From Okamejei kenojei (taxonomy: Eukaryota), in assembly GCA_035221665.1 (NCBI GenBank), contig CM069169.1, forward strand, positions 17,484,001 to 17,548,000: DNA of 64,000 bases, in the 5' to 3' direction. Made by a program: the position numbers and the translations under genes. The notes beneath the pieces are model-generated. The model had not been told where the DNA came from. It did not search any database and saw only the letters and a program-made list of their open reading frames with translations. Of this stretch, positions 11,390-23,705 are shown in pieces (position 1 is the first letter of the stretch; each line of letters starts with the position of its first letter).

Positions 11390-13735
11390 TATAGCAACCT
11401 CGCATTCATGCAAAGTGAACGTGAGTTCCCACCTGGGGAACTCAGACCACCTCTCTGTTATGCTAATTCCAGCTTGCAGACCTCTATTGACCAGGAACAA
11501 GCCGTCTGTGATGCAGATCAGAGCATGGCCAGAGGGAGCCACCTCAGCTCTCAAATTCTGTTTTGACTGCACAGATTGGACTGTTTTTAGGGAGGCTGAT
11601 ACTATCAACCATCATGTCAATTTGACGGAATACACTGAATCTGTGACCGGATATATATTCAAATGCATGAAAGATGTGACCGTCATCAAAAACATCACCA
11701 TGAGGGCCAACAACAACCCTGGTTCACCAGGGCGGTACGTGAGCTCCTGAGAGCACGGAATGCTGCTTTCAAGTGCGGGGACAAAGATGCCCTTACTACT
11801 GCTAGGGCCAACTTGAACCGGGGTGTGAGAACAGCCAAGCGTGTCTATGGACAGAAAATTCAAGCACACTTCACAGACACTAAGGACCCCAAGCGCCTAT
11901 GGCAAGGCATCCAGTCTGTCACCGGCTACAGGCCAACACCCCTACCGTGCAAGGACAACACAGACTTCCACAACACACATAACACCTTCTTCAACCGGTT
12001 TGAGGAAGACAACACCACCACACCAACAAAAGCCCCTCCCTGCCCAGACCATGAAACACTTCACTTGGACCCAGCTGATGTGCGGAGGACCCTATTCAAG
12101 GTGAACCCCAGAAAAGCTGCAGGTCCTGACAACATACCAGGGCGTGTGCTCAGAGACTGCTGACCAACTCACAGATGTTCTCACGCACATCTTCAATACC
12201 TCTCTGAGCCAAGCCATCATACCAGCATGCTTCAAAGCCACCACCATCATACCGTTACCTAAGAAATCTCCAGCCTCAACACTGAACGATTACCGGCCCA
12301 TAGCACTCACGTCCATCATGAGGAAGTGCTTTGAAAGGTTGGTCAAGGCCCACATAACATCCAGTCTCCCCTCTACACTTGACCCATTACAGTTTGCATA
12401 TCGTCCCAACCGTTCCACTGATGATGCCATAGCAACAGCACTCCGCCTAAGCCTGGACCATCTGGAAAACAATAACAGTTACGTGCGGATGCTGTTTATC
12501 GACTTCAGCTCCACCTTCAACACAGTCATCCCCCAACACCTGGTGAATAAACTCGGCGAAATAGGCATCAGCACTCCACTATGTAACTGGTTACTGGACT
12601 TCCTTACTGACAGACCACAGACAGTAAGAGTTGGCAAAAACTCATCAGAGACTACCATCATGAACACCGGGGTCCCACAGGGATGTTGTGCCAAACACAA
12701 TTCGAACCACATTATCAAGTCCGCAGATTACACTACAGTGGTGGGCCTCATCAGCCACAATGACGACTCAGCCTACAGAGAGGAGGTTGAACAACTCATC
12801 AACTGGTGTGACATCAATAACCTTCAACTCAATGTCAATAAAACAAAAGAAATAACTGTGGTCTTCAGGATGAAACAGACAGTACACAACCCACTCGCCA
12901 TCAATGGCAATGCAGTTGAGTCTGTGAAAAGCACCAAGTTCCTGGGAGTGCACATGACAGATGATCAGACATGGTCTACCAACACCATCTCCCTAGTCAA
13001 GAAAGCACATCAACGCCTCCACTTCCTTCGACGGTTGAGGAGAGCCGACCTACCCCCTTCTGTCCTCACCACCTTTTACAGGGGTGCCATTGAGAGCATT
13101 CTTACCAGCAGTCTCTCAGTCTGGTACGGCAGTTGCTCTGCTGCTGACCAGAAGGCCCTACAGAGAGTGGTGAGGACAGCGGAGAAGATCACCAGATCAC
13201 CCCAACCAGCAATCCACGACTTATACCCATCTCACTGTCGCAAGAGAACACCCAATATCATCAAAGACACCACCCATCCAGCACACAAACTGTTCATCCC
13301 CCTTCCATCCGGCAAGCGCTGTCGCAGCATGCGGTGCAAAACCACCAGTTTCAAAAACAGCTTTTTCCCTCATGCCATCAGACTACTCAACTCACTCAAG
13401 AAAATTCCATGAACATTACACAAACAAAGATCAACTGACTGTCAAATAACTTTAACTCAATGTCTGCAGTATGCTATTTGCACTTTTCTATATTGTACCT
13501 TTTATTATTGCACTTTAATACCATACCTCAAAATGTTATTAGACTCTAGCACACTATATAATGTCTATTTTTAATGGTATATTTTTTAATGGTATTTTTA
13601 ATGGTAGATTGTCTGTGTTATAAATAAATATTACTTGCACATTTGGAATATGGGGAAACGCAATTTCAACCCTCTGTGTAACTACTTGTTGCATTATTTG
13701 AATTGACAATAAAGTTGAGTTTGACTTTGACTTTG
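11390..13735 (+). mobile_element. 5'-truncated, frameshifted Rex1/Babar-type non-LTR retrotransposon
   Basis: End of APE domain (HLGNSDH), RT motifs [40 protein letters not shown]; FADD mutated to SADY with an internal deletion after PQGC; C-terminal [11 protein letters not shown]; AATAAA plus (TTTGAC)n tail. Confidence 0.88.
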
Positions 13736-13972
13736 AAGTGAATGATATCAATTGGAGAAATATTACAATGTGTGTTGGTGTATTCACCCGGAAATCCTGC
13801 CCCAGTAATCTTCCCGGTGGATCTTGGTTGACTGCAGGTTTCAGTTTAGCTGACATTCTTCAATACTTGCAAGTTGGCAAACACTTGTTTTCTGAGCTGG
13901 CAGATGCCAGAAAAACTGTTGGTGTGGCTTGAACCTCAAGACTCAAAATTCAGAAAGGAGAGCAAATTGTGT

Positions 13973-14065
13973 TTAAGACGGAACTGCAGATGCTGGAAAA
14001 TCGTAGGTAGACAAAAAGCTGGAGAAACTCAGAGGGTGAGGCAGCATCTATGGAGCGAAGGATAT
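13973..14065 (-). mobile_element. Truncated Penelope-derived short repeat
   Basis: Perfect 14-bp TSD AGAGCAAATTGTGT (13959-13972, 14066-14079). Confidence 0.82.
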
Positions 14066-14336
14066 AGAGCAAATTGTGTGTTTGAAATTTGTCTTGTGTT
14101 CATTCTAGTAGCACAGTATGTATACGTATTATTCATGTATGGTAGAGTCATTCAGTATGAAAACAGGCCCTTTGGCCTAACTTGTCATACCAATCAAGAC
14201 GCACCATCTAAGCGAGTGCCGTTTACAGCATGTGCCCCATATCCATAAACAGTAACAACAAGGGCTTTATATTTTTTATATTATATTAGACAAATGTTGT
14301 TGCACACTCAGTCCAAAATTCAAATTTGTTTTTCAG

Positions 14337-14384
14337 ATGCAAAAAACTGAAAGGAAAAAGAGACGGAAAAAAGAAACTGACATT
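14337..14384 (+). CDS. MYO9A: MYO9A 48-nt basic exon (MQKTERKKRRKKETDI)
   Basis: tttcag / ATT|GTAAGT; matches mammalian 'KTERKKRRKKETDL'. Confidence 0.95.
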
Positions 14385-14397
14385 GTAAGTTGTCTGA

Positions 14398-14610
14398 TTC
14401 TCCTGTCATGCGTGTTCTGTGCTTGGTTCAGAGTTCTCCTGTCATGCGTGTTCTGTGCTTGGTTCAGAGTTCTCCTGTCATGCGTGTTCTGTGCTTGGTT
14501 CAGAGTTCTCCTGTCATGCGTGTTCTGTGCTTGGTTCAGAGTTCTCCTGTCATGCATGTTCTGTGCTTGGTTCAGAGTTCTGTCATGCATGTTCTGTGCT
14601 TGGTTCAGAG
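14398..14610. repeat. 36-bp minisatellite, 6 copies (TTCTCCTGTCATGCGTGTTCTGTGCTTGGTTCAGAG)
   Basis: Four identical units, one with G>A, one with G>A and a 3-bp deletion; no spacers. Confidence 0.97.
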
Positions 14611-14882
14611 GACAACATCTTATGTCCTACAACATCTTTAAACTGCACCTAATTCCTGCAATGACAAGCTGTATTTCTTCATCCCTCTAATTGTGAATCA
14701 TGCTGACACCCTATCTCTAAATGTGTTGATCAGGCATCTGTTGGTTGAGCTTTCTCTGAATTACTTCCTATCTCACAGTTTTCATTATTCCCAGGACACA
14801 GTATTCCTGATTTTGAACAGAGTTCTATTTTCATCATCATCATTGTTGAAAACATCAACGGGCACAGTGCCTTACAATGCCG

Positions 14883-15084
14883 TGTACAACAGTGATCGCA
14901 ACTTCTACTGAAGTGTGGATGGCTGTTGGCTCGCTAGGAGCTCATCAGCCCTTTGACAGGTCTTGTTTTTGGTCCTGCTGGGGGTCCACAGCCCCCTCCT
15001 CACCTGGTAAACCAGGTGAGGTGGACGGTTTAGTCGCCGACTATCCGACCATGGAGCAGGTAGCACGGGATTACATGGTACCAC
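14883..15084 (-). mobile_element. Probable RTE-clade LINE 5'-region fragment
   Basis: GGCGACTAAACC and CAGCAGGACCAAAAAC motifs recalled from RTE 5'UTRs; 10-bp perfect hairpin at 14998-15021. Confidence 0.45.
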
Positions 15085-16136
15085 CTATAAAGGTCTGAAG
15101 GATGGACTCGACTCAAAACGTCACCTATTTGTTTTCTCCAGAGTATGACCTGCTGAGTTACTCCAGCTTTTTGTGTCTATCTTCAGTGTAAACCAGCATC
15201 TGCAGATCCTTCCTCCACCTATCACTCGCCCATATTTGTCCCGCCCCTATCTTCCGGATTTTACTTCACTACTACAATCAGTCTGAAGAGGTGTCCTGAC
15301 CAGAAATGTCATCTATCCATGTTCTCCTGAGATGCTGCCTGAGCCACTGAGTCACTCCAGTACTTTCTATCTTTTAAGGAGGCATATGTTTTCTGACTAT
15401 TAATCAAACACAAATTGCTTTGGTAATAGGTGTTTGTGCTCATAAGACACTATTTCCACACAGGAGTGAGACAGAAAATACCAGTGGCTCAGTTGAAGGC
15501 TGAGTTGTTTTTCTTGCTTTAGAGACCAATTTTCGATCCATTTTTCCGTGTCCTGCGGTTTGCCACTGACATTTCATAATCTGTGAACCTCATTTTGCTG
15601 CTATCTCTGGAAATGTTGACTCATTCTGTGAGGTAGAAAGATCAGCTGATCATGATCCATCAGGAAAAGTTGAGCTCATTCTGCTTGTAAAACAATCACT
15701 GATAGTTAGTGTGCAAGGTATCGCCTTGGCACAGTCCATGGGCTTTATCGCTTGCAGCTGTTTAGCCCTTTTTCCCTTCATATTTCTGAGATTAGTAGCC
15801 TTATCCTGGGTCGTACTTGAATGTAATCCACCATCCACATGTAAAGGCTATTCCCAAAATATTCCTCAACTCTGACTTTACCTTTTCATCTGATGTGAAT
15901 ATGTTTAAATCCTTGCATTAACCACACTCTTTTAGAGAACACTCTTAAAGAATGTTGAGGATAAAAGGCCTACTCTTATTGTATTTCACAAGGTATTGCA
16001 CATGATGTGAAGCTAATATTCCTTTTAACCTTTTGGAAGTCCATTTCATGTGTAACAATCTGCTTTCAACATGGCAGCTTGAATATAATGATACAGGATA
16101 ATTAAGCTGATGTCAAAGATTAAGATGCACAAATCG

Positions 16137-16690
16137 AGTCATACAACACCGAAGTAGGCCCTTCGGCCAAACTTGCCTCCTGCTGACCAAGGTGGCCCAT
16201 CTGTTTACGTTTGGTTATATCCCCCTAACCTTGGTACCTGTCCAAATGTCTTTCAAATGTTGTTATAATACCTGCCTCAACCACTTCCTCTGTCAGCTCA
16301 GTCCATATATTCACCACCCTCTGTGGGGAAAAAGTTGCCCCTCAAGTCCTATTAAATCTTTCCCCTCTCACCTTAAACCTATCTCCTCTGGCTCTTGATT
16401 CCCTTACTCCAGGTAAAGGACTATGTGCATTCATCTTGATTATCCTCTTGTGATCTTATACCCATCTATAAGATCAGTCCTCAGCCTCCTGCGCCCCAAG
16501 GAATAAAGTTCTAGCCTGCCCAACCTCTCCCAATAGTTTGGGCCCTTGAGTCCTGGCAACATCCTTGTAAATCTCTGCACCCTTGCCAGATAAACAACCT
16601 CCCCTACAATACTTCAAATGCAGCGTCACCAACTCCTTGTACAACTGTAACGTAACATCCCAACTTCTACACTCAGAAGGCCAATGTACC
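16137..16690 (-). mobile_element. Degraded CR1-clade LINE 3' fragment
   Basis: DVTLQLYKELV..HLKYC peptide remnants and ccgaagggcct-type tail. Confidence 0.7.
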
Positions 16691-17325
16691 GAAAGCCTTG
16701 ACATGACGTCTCCGGAATACTATACTTACAATAGAGGGAACACAGAAATGGTTCAGCAGGTTGTTTCCTGATTTGGAGTGATTACACAGGAGAGGTGATA
16801 CATTCTGGTCTGCTGCCTGTTTAGAAGATTAACTGATCTCAATGATCCATATAAAACTGTTATATGCTTTGCAAATGTAGATGCAGGGATAATACATCTT
16901 CTAAATGGACACACATTGCCTGATAACTCAGCGGGCCAGGCAGCATCTGTGGAGAACATGGATAGGCGAAGTTTCCAATCGAGATCCTTTTTCAGACTGA
17001 ACGCTGATCTGTTGAGTTATGCCAACCCTCATTCAGTGATCTGTTGAGTTACTCCAACACTCTGTGTCCTTTTGTGTATTAGCCATCACCTGCAGTTCAT
17101 TGTTTCTACATAATGCATCTGCTGGCCGGTTGATTCCCTTGTTGCTTTTGTTCTGGTGTTTCACAGATGCCGAGTGTTTACTTGTCAGATTTATTCGTGC
17201 TATTAAATTCAGTGTTACATTCATGGAACAAAACAGGTGAGGATGTTTTTGTAGGTTTGTTTGGATCTGTAATGGTGACAGTGAAACAAGAATGATTTAA
17301 CCAACCCAAGTTTGTCTATTTGCAG

Positions 17326-17437
17326 GTTGAGGAATACAATGGTCACATTTTCAAATCAACACAGTACAGTATTCCCACTTATTGCGAGTGCTGCTCCTCT
17401 CTCATCTGGATGATGGAGAGAGCCTGCGTGTGCAAAC
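17326..17437 (+). CDS. MYO9A: MYO9A C1 zinc-finger exon 1 (VEEYNGHIFKSTQYSIPTYCECCSSLIWMMERACVCK)
   Basis: ttgcag / C|GTAAGT, phase 0->1; C1 His/Cys pattern. Confidence 0.97.
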
Positions 17438-17994
17438 GTAAGTTCCCAGCAATATTTCAGCAGGATTTAAGGAAGGGGGAAAGCTTTATGTCACAGCAAA
17501 TGCCTTGTTGTTAATTGATTCCTGTTTTACCGGATCCCTTGAACTCTTCTTTGAAATCCATTTAACTATTCGCAATGTCCACTTCAGAGGCCGACTGCCC
17601 TTGCCTAGTAACATATTCCATGATCACATGGGTAAAAATGCTCCCGCTACTTTTTACCATCACATTGTAACTTTCTAATTTCCAAATCTCGCAATTTTAT
17701 TCATATTGATGTTGGGTGGGGAAGAATGCAACATTTCGTCATATCTTGACTTTTAGAATTGCTATTTAAATATTTGTCTGTCAAATGATTATCAGGTTAA
17801 CTTATTTGTATTTTTTTGCCTAACTGTACATTGTACTGGCACCTCTAAAAAGGTCATTATTCTGTTTTCCAGCACTTGATACATATGCTTATTAATCATG
17901 TGAACTGGGACTTCTATGTACAAAACAAGCACTGGTATAAATCTCTCAGATGTTCAAATGAATGTTATCCCACTTATACACTTTTGTTTTCCAG

Positions 17995-18056
17995 TGTGTC
18001 GGTATGCTTGCCATAGGAAGTGCTGTTTGAGAACAAACATCAAATGCTCTAAAAAG
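17995..18056 (+). CDS. MYO9A: MYO9A C1 zinc-finger exon 2 (LCRYACHRKCCLRTNIKCSKK)
   Basis: ttccag / AAG|GTAGGA, phase 1->0; not in the ORF track; completes the C1 domain. Confidence 0.96.
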
Positions 18057-19154
18057 GTAGGAAGTCTTGTGTAGGCATAGTTTCAAAACCTTTTCATGAT
18101 ATGCCGTCTGAATATAAGGGCTGCATGTTAAACCGTAATCATTGTTCACACTTATGTGATCGTCATAGAGTCATAAAGTACAGAAACAGGTTCTTTACAA
18201 ATAACAAATATGTATACATACTAATCACATCTACAGCACTTAATCTGTATTTGCCAATTGCCAGGACAATTTAAATGCTCATATAAATACTTTTCAAAAG
18301 TTGTGAGAATTTCTGCCTTCTCCACATTCTCAGGTAGTGATCCAGATTAGATCTTGACCTTAAGTTTGAGTGTTCTCCAGCTGAGCACGTGAGCTCCTTG
18401 TACGGTTAATTGACGGCTGTGAGTTACCTGTAGTGTGGGTGAATAGCAGGAAGATGATGGAGGATGAGTTCACTTCCGATCACCCTAACTTTGACACGTT
18501 AACCTAAGCTATGCTTGTTCAGTTAGTTGGAATGCAAGAGGTTTCTATTTGCTCTGAGCTCTTTTTCTCCACTAAATTACACAAATGCTGCAGAGAGATT
18601 TAAACTCGATGACTGGATTATTTGTCCAAGCTCCGTTCATACAGCTTCGCCACTCCCAGCAATGTAAGCTGATGTGTGCTCTAATGAACAATGTTTGCCC
18701 TGATATATTGGTTCTCTTTCCCTGCAGATATTGCTTGACTTTTTAAGTGCTTCCAATCATTTTCTATTTTTGTTTCCATTTTCTCCACTCTTGCCCACAA
18801 TGACTGATTGTGGGAGACTAACTGTGCATTGGTGCATTGTCCGTGTTGTTGTTCTTTAGATGGTGAGCATTGGCAGTCATTCATGTTTGACCCAATGTAA
18901 ACACACCCATATACATTGGCAGAGGGGGAACTACATATTCCCAAGGTTCATTATTTTTCCCCATCTATGTTGTTGAGGCTAGTTATAATTCCACTAGCAG
19001 CTCATTCTACAGACTGCAGATAAAGGTTTGGTCTTCCCTTTATTAACTGCTTGCTTTGCACTGGACCGCACGTATTAGGTTGATTGGAGGTACAGAATTT
19101 GAACATCACATTTGGTTGCCACATGGCCTGACCCTTGCCTTTCCTTCTCCACAG

Positions 19155-19347
19155 TATGAACCTGAGCTATCGTCTCGGCAGTTTGGACTGGAAGTCTCCC
19201 GTCTAACCAGCGATGAGAGGACAGTACCACTTGTGGTGGAGAAGCTGATCAATTACATTGAAATGCACGGCCTATATACAGAGGGAATTTATAGGAAGTC
19301 AGGATCAACTAACAAAATCAAGGAGTTGAAACTTGGCCTGGATACAG
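19155..19347 (+). CDS. MYO9A: MYO9A RhoGAP exon with arginine finger (GIYRKSG)
   Basis: ccacag / G|GTAAGA, phase 0->1; YEPELSSRQFG...EGIYRKSGSTNKIKEL. Confidence 0.98.
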
Positions 19348-19696
19348 GTAAGATCAATAGGAGGGAATCAATAAGTATCCATGAATTTAAAAGTGTAAAA
19401 AGAAAGGCAAAGGAAATTTCTATATGAGGAATATGTTTGTTATTGAGGATTATAATACATCATAATAATGGCAGGGAACATTTTAGTACATCATTGCTCC
19501 TGGATCAGAGTTAGAGAAATGTTTAACTCCACTTTGGAAGCACCTTCACCTTGTGGACTGCAGGTTATGGAAGAGAGCTCAGAATGGCACTGAGCCTTAC
19601 TAGGGCCATCCACAGACTTCAATTCTCCATTCATAGAGGGTTGAGAGGAAATGCAAGGTAGTTGCTTCTGGAACTGACTGGGATTTCTTCCTGCAG

Positions 19697-19825
19697 ATAT
19701 CAACAGCATGAATTTGGATGAGTACAACATCCATGTTATTGCCAGTGTTTTCAAACAATGGCTGCGAGATCTCCCTAATCCTCTGATGATGTTTGAATTC
19801 TATAATGACGTTCTACGTGCAATGG
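19697..19825 (+). CDS. MYO9A: MYO9A RhoGAP exon (INSMNLDEYNIHVIASVFKQWLRDLPNPLM...RAM)
   Basis: ctgcag / G|GTAAGT, phase 1->1; RhoGAP 'KQWLRDLPNPL' box. Confidence 0.97.
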
Positions 19826-20564
19826 GTAAGTGCAAGTTTTAATCCCAGTTCTCTTTTGGAACCAATCATTTTGACAACATACAAAGTAAGAATTACGTTT
19901 AAAAGTTGTGGTAATACTGTACTGTACTGATCAGTAAATATGCTGAGTAGTAAAATATATTTATTTATGGCTCAATTAGTTGCGCTTTGTTAAAATCAAA
20001 TGTTCTGGGGTGAAGCCAACTTCTAAAGATTTGAAGTCTAATGTCTTGCTGAAGAGGTGATGAATCATTGGATAATTCTACTGTTGCCCCACAATCATTT
20101 AGATAAATAAAGTTTCTGTACCATCCTCACATGAGTATCAGAGGATTATTCAAAGTGAGTGACAGTGGGGCAACTCTTCCTCTTCGCAGATTCCACAAAT
20201 GCCATCTCGTCTCTTCTCACCTGCATAAGTTTTTTATTTGGAATTAAAGTTAATGGTATATAAAATCGTGTGATCATTTCTCCTTTCGTAAACAAGATGT
20301 AGCATTTGTGCTGCTGCATTTAATTAGCTAATTCATATCGCTGCAGAAATGGTACCCAAAACATCACCCATTCCTTCTCCCTAGAGATGCTGCCTGACCC
20401 GCTGAGTTACTCCAGCATTTTATACCAAGAACCTTGATCTGTTTGGTGAAACATTTTAGAATATGTTAACGGAATTGATCACAACTACAGTTATTCCGAA
20501 ATGTGACTTGCCTACGTGTGATTAAAATATGGCTGGAGATGAAGGTTGTCTTCATTGTTTGCAG

Positions 20565-20670
20565 GACTGCAGGACCGGAAGGAAATGATTCAAGGTGTAT
20601 ATTCTATAATTGAACAGTTGTCACGGACTCACGTCAACACACTAGAACGACTCATCTTCCATCTTGTAAG
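20565..20670 (+). CDS. MYO9A: MYO9A RhoGAP exon (LQDRKEMIQGVYSIIEQLSRTHVNTLERLIFHLVR)
   Basis: ttgcag / AG|GTAAAT, phase 1->2. Confidence 0.97.
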
Positions 20671-22348
20671 GTAAATATTCAACCGAGATGCTTCAGGATT
20701 TTGACATTGTAATTCCACATTAAAGGATTATATCAAGTAGATCATTTTTGGAAAGATGAGGGACTTGATGGGTGCGGGGAACTGGCATGGAAGAGGAGAC
20801 GAGGTCAGGTGCAAGAACTGGCAAGTGATAGTGGATTCAGGTGAGGGGGGGTGGGGGTGGTTGGTAGGTCAATCACCCCATCTCACCTGAATCCACCTCT
20901 CACGTCAACTCGTGTACAGCCCCTGTCCCCCACCTCTCTTCACCAGCTACTTTCTCCCTACATCTGAAGTTTGAAGAAGGATTCTGATCCAAAAGATCAT
21001 CTGCCTGCTTCCTTCAGTGAATGCAGTTCGGCCTGTTGAGTTTCTCCAGTGCTCTATTTTTTTGCTCAAGATTCCAGAATCTGCAGTTTCTTGTGTCTCC
21101 CTATTACCCATGTTAGGGTAATTGCTCTATAGTTCACTTGCCCTCCTCTTTACAGCATTAATCTGCAGGAACTATTCCATTATACATGGAATTCTGGAAA
21201 ATTATTATCGACCTCTATTAATATTCTGGCAGGCACGTTATGAGCTCCTGGGGATTTATTGACTACTTTCCATTAATCATACCTGTGCTATTTCTTTCTC
21301 ATAGTAATTTCCTTTAGCTCCTCGTTACACATTCATATTAAGATTTGGATTAGTTTATTGTAATAAATATCCATCAAGGTACAAAGACGTTCTTTATTCA
21401 CATGAAGCTCTTGGGTTAAAGAGTAATGATAAATACAAATGCAAAACAACACCAAGATGCCAGGCTAGCGCGGTTCCGAATAGAGCAAAAAACACCATTT
21501 CTAATTCACATTTTATCTTTACGTTCTAATCTTTGTGATCTGAAATTCAAAAAATTATTCGTTTCACTTCCTGGTTTGTGATCTACAAGAATTCTTCAGT
21601 CTGAATTCAGCCCAGCTTCCGTTATTGCTGGAAGCAAAAGGTCCTTGAGAAGTGACATACGAACGCAGTTGACATCAGGAGCCGACGTCCACGCATAGTG
21701 ATCTAGATCCTTAGCAGCAACTCTCTCTATTGTGAGCAGTGAGTGGTGTTACTGCACTGGAGAGTAACAATCCCAGTACTTTGTATATTGGCGGTGATAA
21801 CAGAAAGTTACATCAATTGCTGAAATATTTTATTTCTTTTTTTTAATGCAAAAATGCGTTTAATAACTTGGTCAGATGATATCCATCTCTGAGGCAATAC
21901 CATGGGGTTATGGCTGACATTAAATATATGCTTTTCAGAAAAACTTCCTTTAGTTTATCAAACTTTTTTGCAGCTTATTCAGACCACGTTGATGTGTGAG
22001 GTCTCATCAGACTGCTGTTGATTGCATGAAAGCGGGTTTTTGAAAGTGTAATGGCTCAGATTTATTTATAGACCTGATCGCGCCCCCCCCCCCCACGGAG
22101 CCCCATGTGTTCTGCTGTCTAGCTCTAATCCAACAATCGCAGGGTGTTGCGGGATTCTGCACTATATTGGGCACAGGTGCTGATGATGAAATACCTTCTG
22201 TTTCCATTCACAATTATCAAATGGAAGACGGAAATTTTCCCCAGACGTTTATTCGTGGATCTGTAGCAGACCTTTTCTGATCATACTCGGAGGAATGTAT
22301 GATTGTCATAATTGTTTCACCCTTCTTCTGTTTTGTGCTGCTTTCTAG

Positions 22349-22480
22349 AATTGCTCTGCAAGAAGACACCAACCGGATGTCCTCAAATGCGTTGGCCATC
22401 GTCTTTGCCCCATGTATTCTTCGATGTCCAGATACCACAGACCCATTGCAAAGTGTTCAAGATATTTCCAAAACAACAGC
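22349..22480 (+). CDS. MYO9A: MYO9A RhoGAP exon ([43 protein letters not shown])
   Basis: ttctag / GC|GTAAGG, phase 2->2; RhoGAP '[12 protein letters not shown]' box. Confidence 0.97.
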
Positions 22481-22977
22481 GTAAGGATGCTTCAATTTCT
22501 TGAAGTAAATCTTTGAATAAAAGAGTAATAATGATGCAGCAATCATTCCATGGAAATAAGCTATTGATAGCAACAACTTTGTTTTAAATCAGCTAAATCT
22601 CAGGAAATGTCCTTTATATTAATATATCCTTTAATTCCTCCCTTCATGTGATTCCCCAGCATTTTTGGGAAGTTACCTATGTCATCTTCTGTGAAGCTAG
22701 AACCGAAATACTTGTTTAATTGCTGTGCCATTTCTTTATTCTCAATTAAGCTACTCCCCGTACTGACTGCATGGGACCTCCTTTTGTCTTCACTGGTCCA
22801 TCTTTAAATATATTTGTAGGTTTCACATTATGCGTTTGTTCTCTGTAAGTTTACTCTCATACTTTGTTCTTGCTTCCTATCAAATTCATTGCCGAATTCA
22901 AAGTGAATTAACAACATTTAATTCACAAACATTTGCAGTAGTGAAAGGCTGAAATACTGAAGATACAACTGTGAGAA

Positions 22978-23280
22978 GTGGCACAACTAGTAGAGCTGAT
23001 TCCTCACAGCACCAGAGACCCGGGTTCAATCCTGACCTCGGGTGCTGTCTGTTTGAAGTTTGCATGTTCTTCCGGTGACCGCGTGGGTTTCCTCCAGGTT
23101 TTCCAGTTTCCCTCCACATTACAAAGGCGTGTAGGTTTGTTGGTTAATGTGTAAATTTCCCCTTGTGTGTAGGGTGTCAATAAGTAAGTGTGATAACATA
23201 GAACTAGTGTGTATTGGAGATCATGTTGGGGAGGACTCAGTGAGCCGATGAGTCTGTTTCCAAGTATAACTAAACTAAGT
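22978..23280 (+). mobile_element. tRNA-derived V-SINE (HE1-like), more diverged
   Basis: B box GGTTCAATCC, V-domain, aactaaact tail. Confidence 0.75.
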
Positions 23281-23581
23281 AATTTAAGGATGAATCGGGA
23301 AGAGCAGGATACTTGAATGCAAAAGATGAGTTGTGGACCTGCTGGGGGCTGGTGTCTTGAGGTTAGGTGAATAACACAGAGACTGCTTTCTTAGATCAGT
23401 TTAATGCGTTTCTGGGCAAGAGAACTGGTTGGGAGAGTGTTGAAAACAAGAATAGATGTTAATCGGTGTAACTGGAATGGAATTGATGGTTTCCAGTTTC
23501 TGAATGTTTCATTGTTCCTTGATGAGGTGTGTGTTTAAAGAAAACCAGAATGCTGTAGTAACATGCTGACCCTTTCTGCAG

Positions 23582-23705
23582 GTGTGTGGAACTGATAATT
23601 GTGGAGCAAATGAACAAGTACCGAGCGCGCCTGAAGGACATCAGCAGCCTGGAGTTTGCAGAGAACAAAGCCAAGAATAGATTGTCGCTCATCCGATGCT
23701 CGATA
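23582..23705 (+). CDS. MYO9A: MYO9A exon (CVELIIVEQMNKYRARLKDISSLEFAENKAKNRLSLIRCSI)
   Basis: ctgcag / ATA|GTAAGA, phase 2->0. Confidence 0.97.

Noticed and set aside
14398-14610. 36-bp repeats resembling a CRISPR array, and the repetitive ORFs over them
   Set aside because: Units are head-to-tail with no unique spacers, there are no cas genes and the context is a vertebrate intron. The ORFs arise from the 36-bp periodicity.
14925-14948. CTGATGA-GCTC-CTAGC-GAGC on the - strand, hammerhead-like
   Set aside because: Followed by CAAC rather than GAAA, so the second core box is missing.
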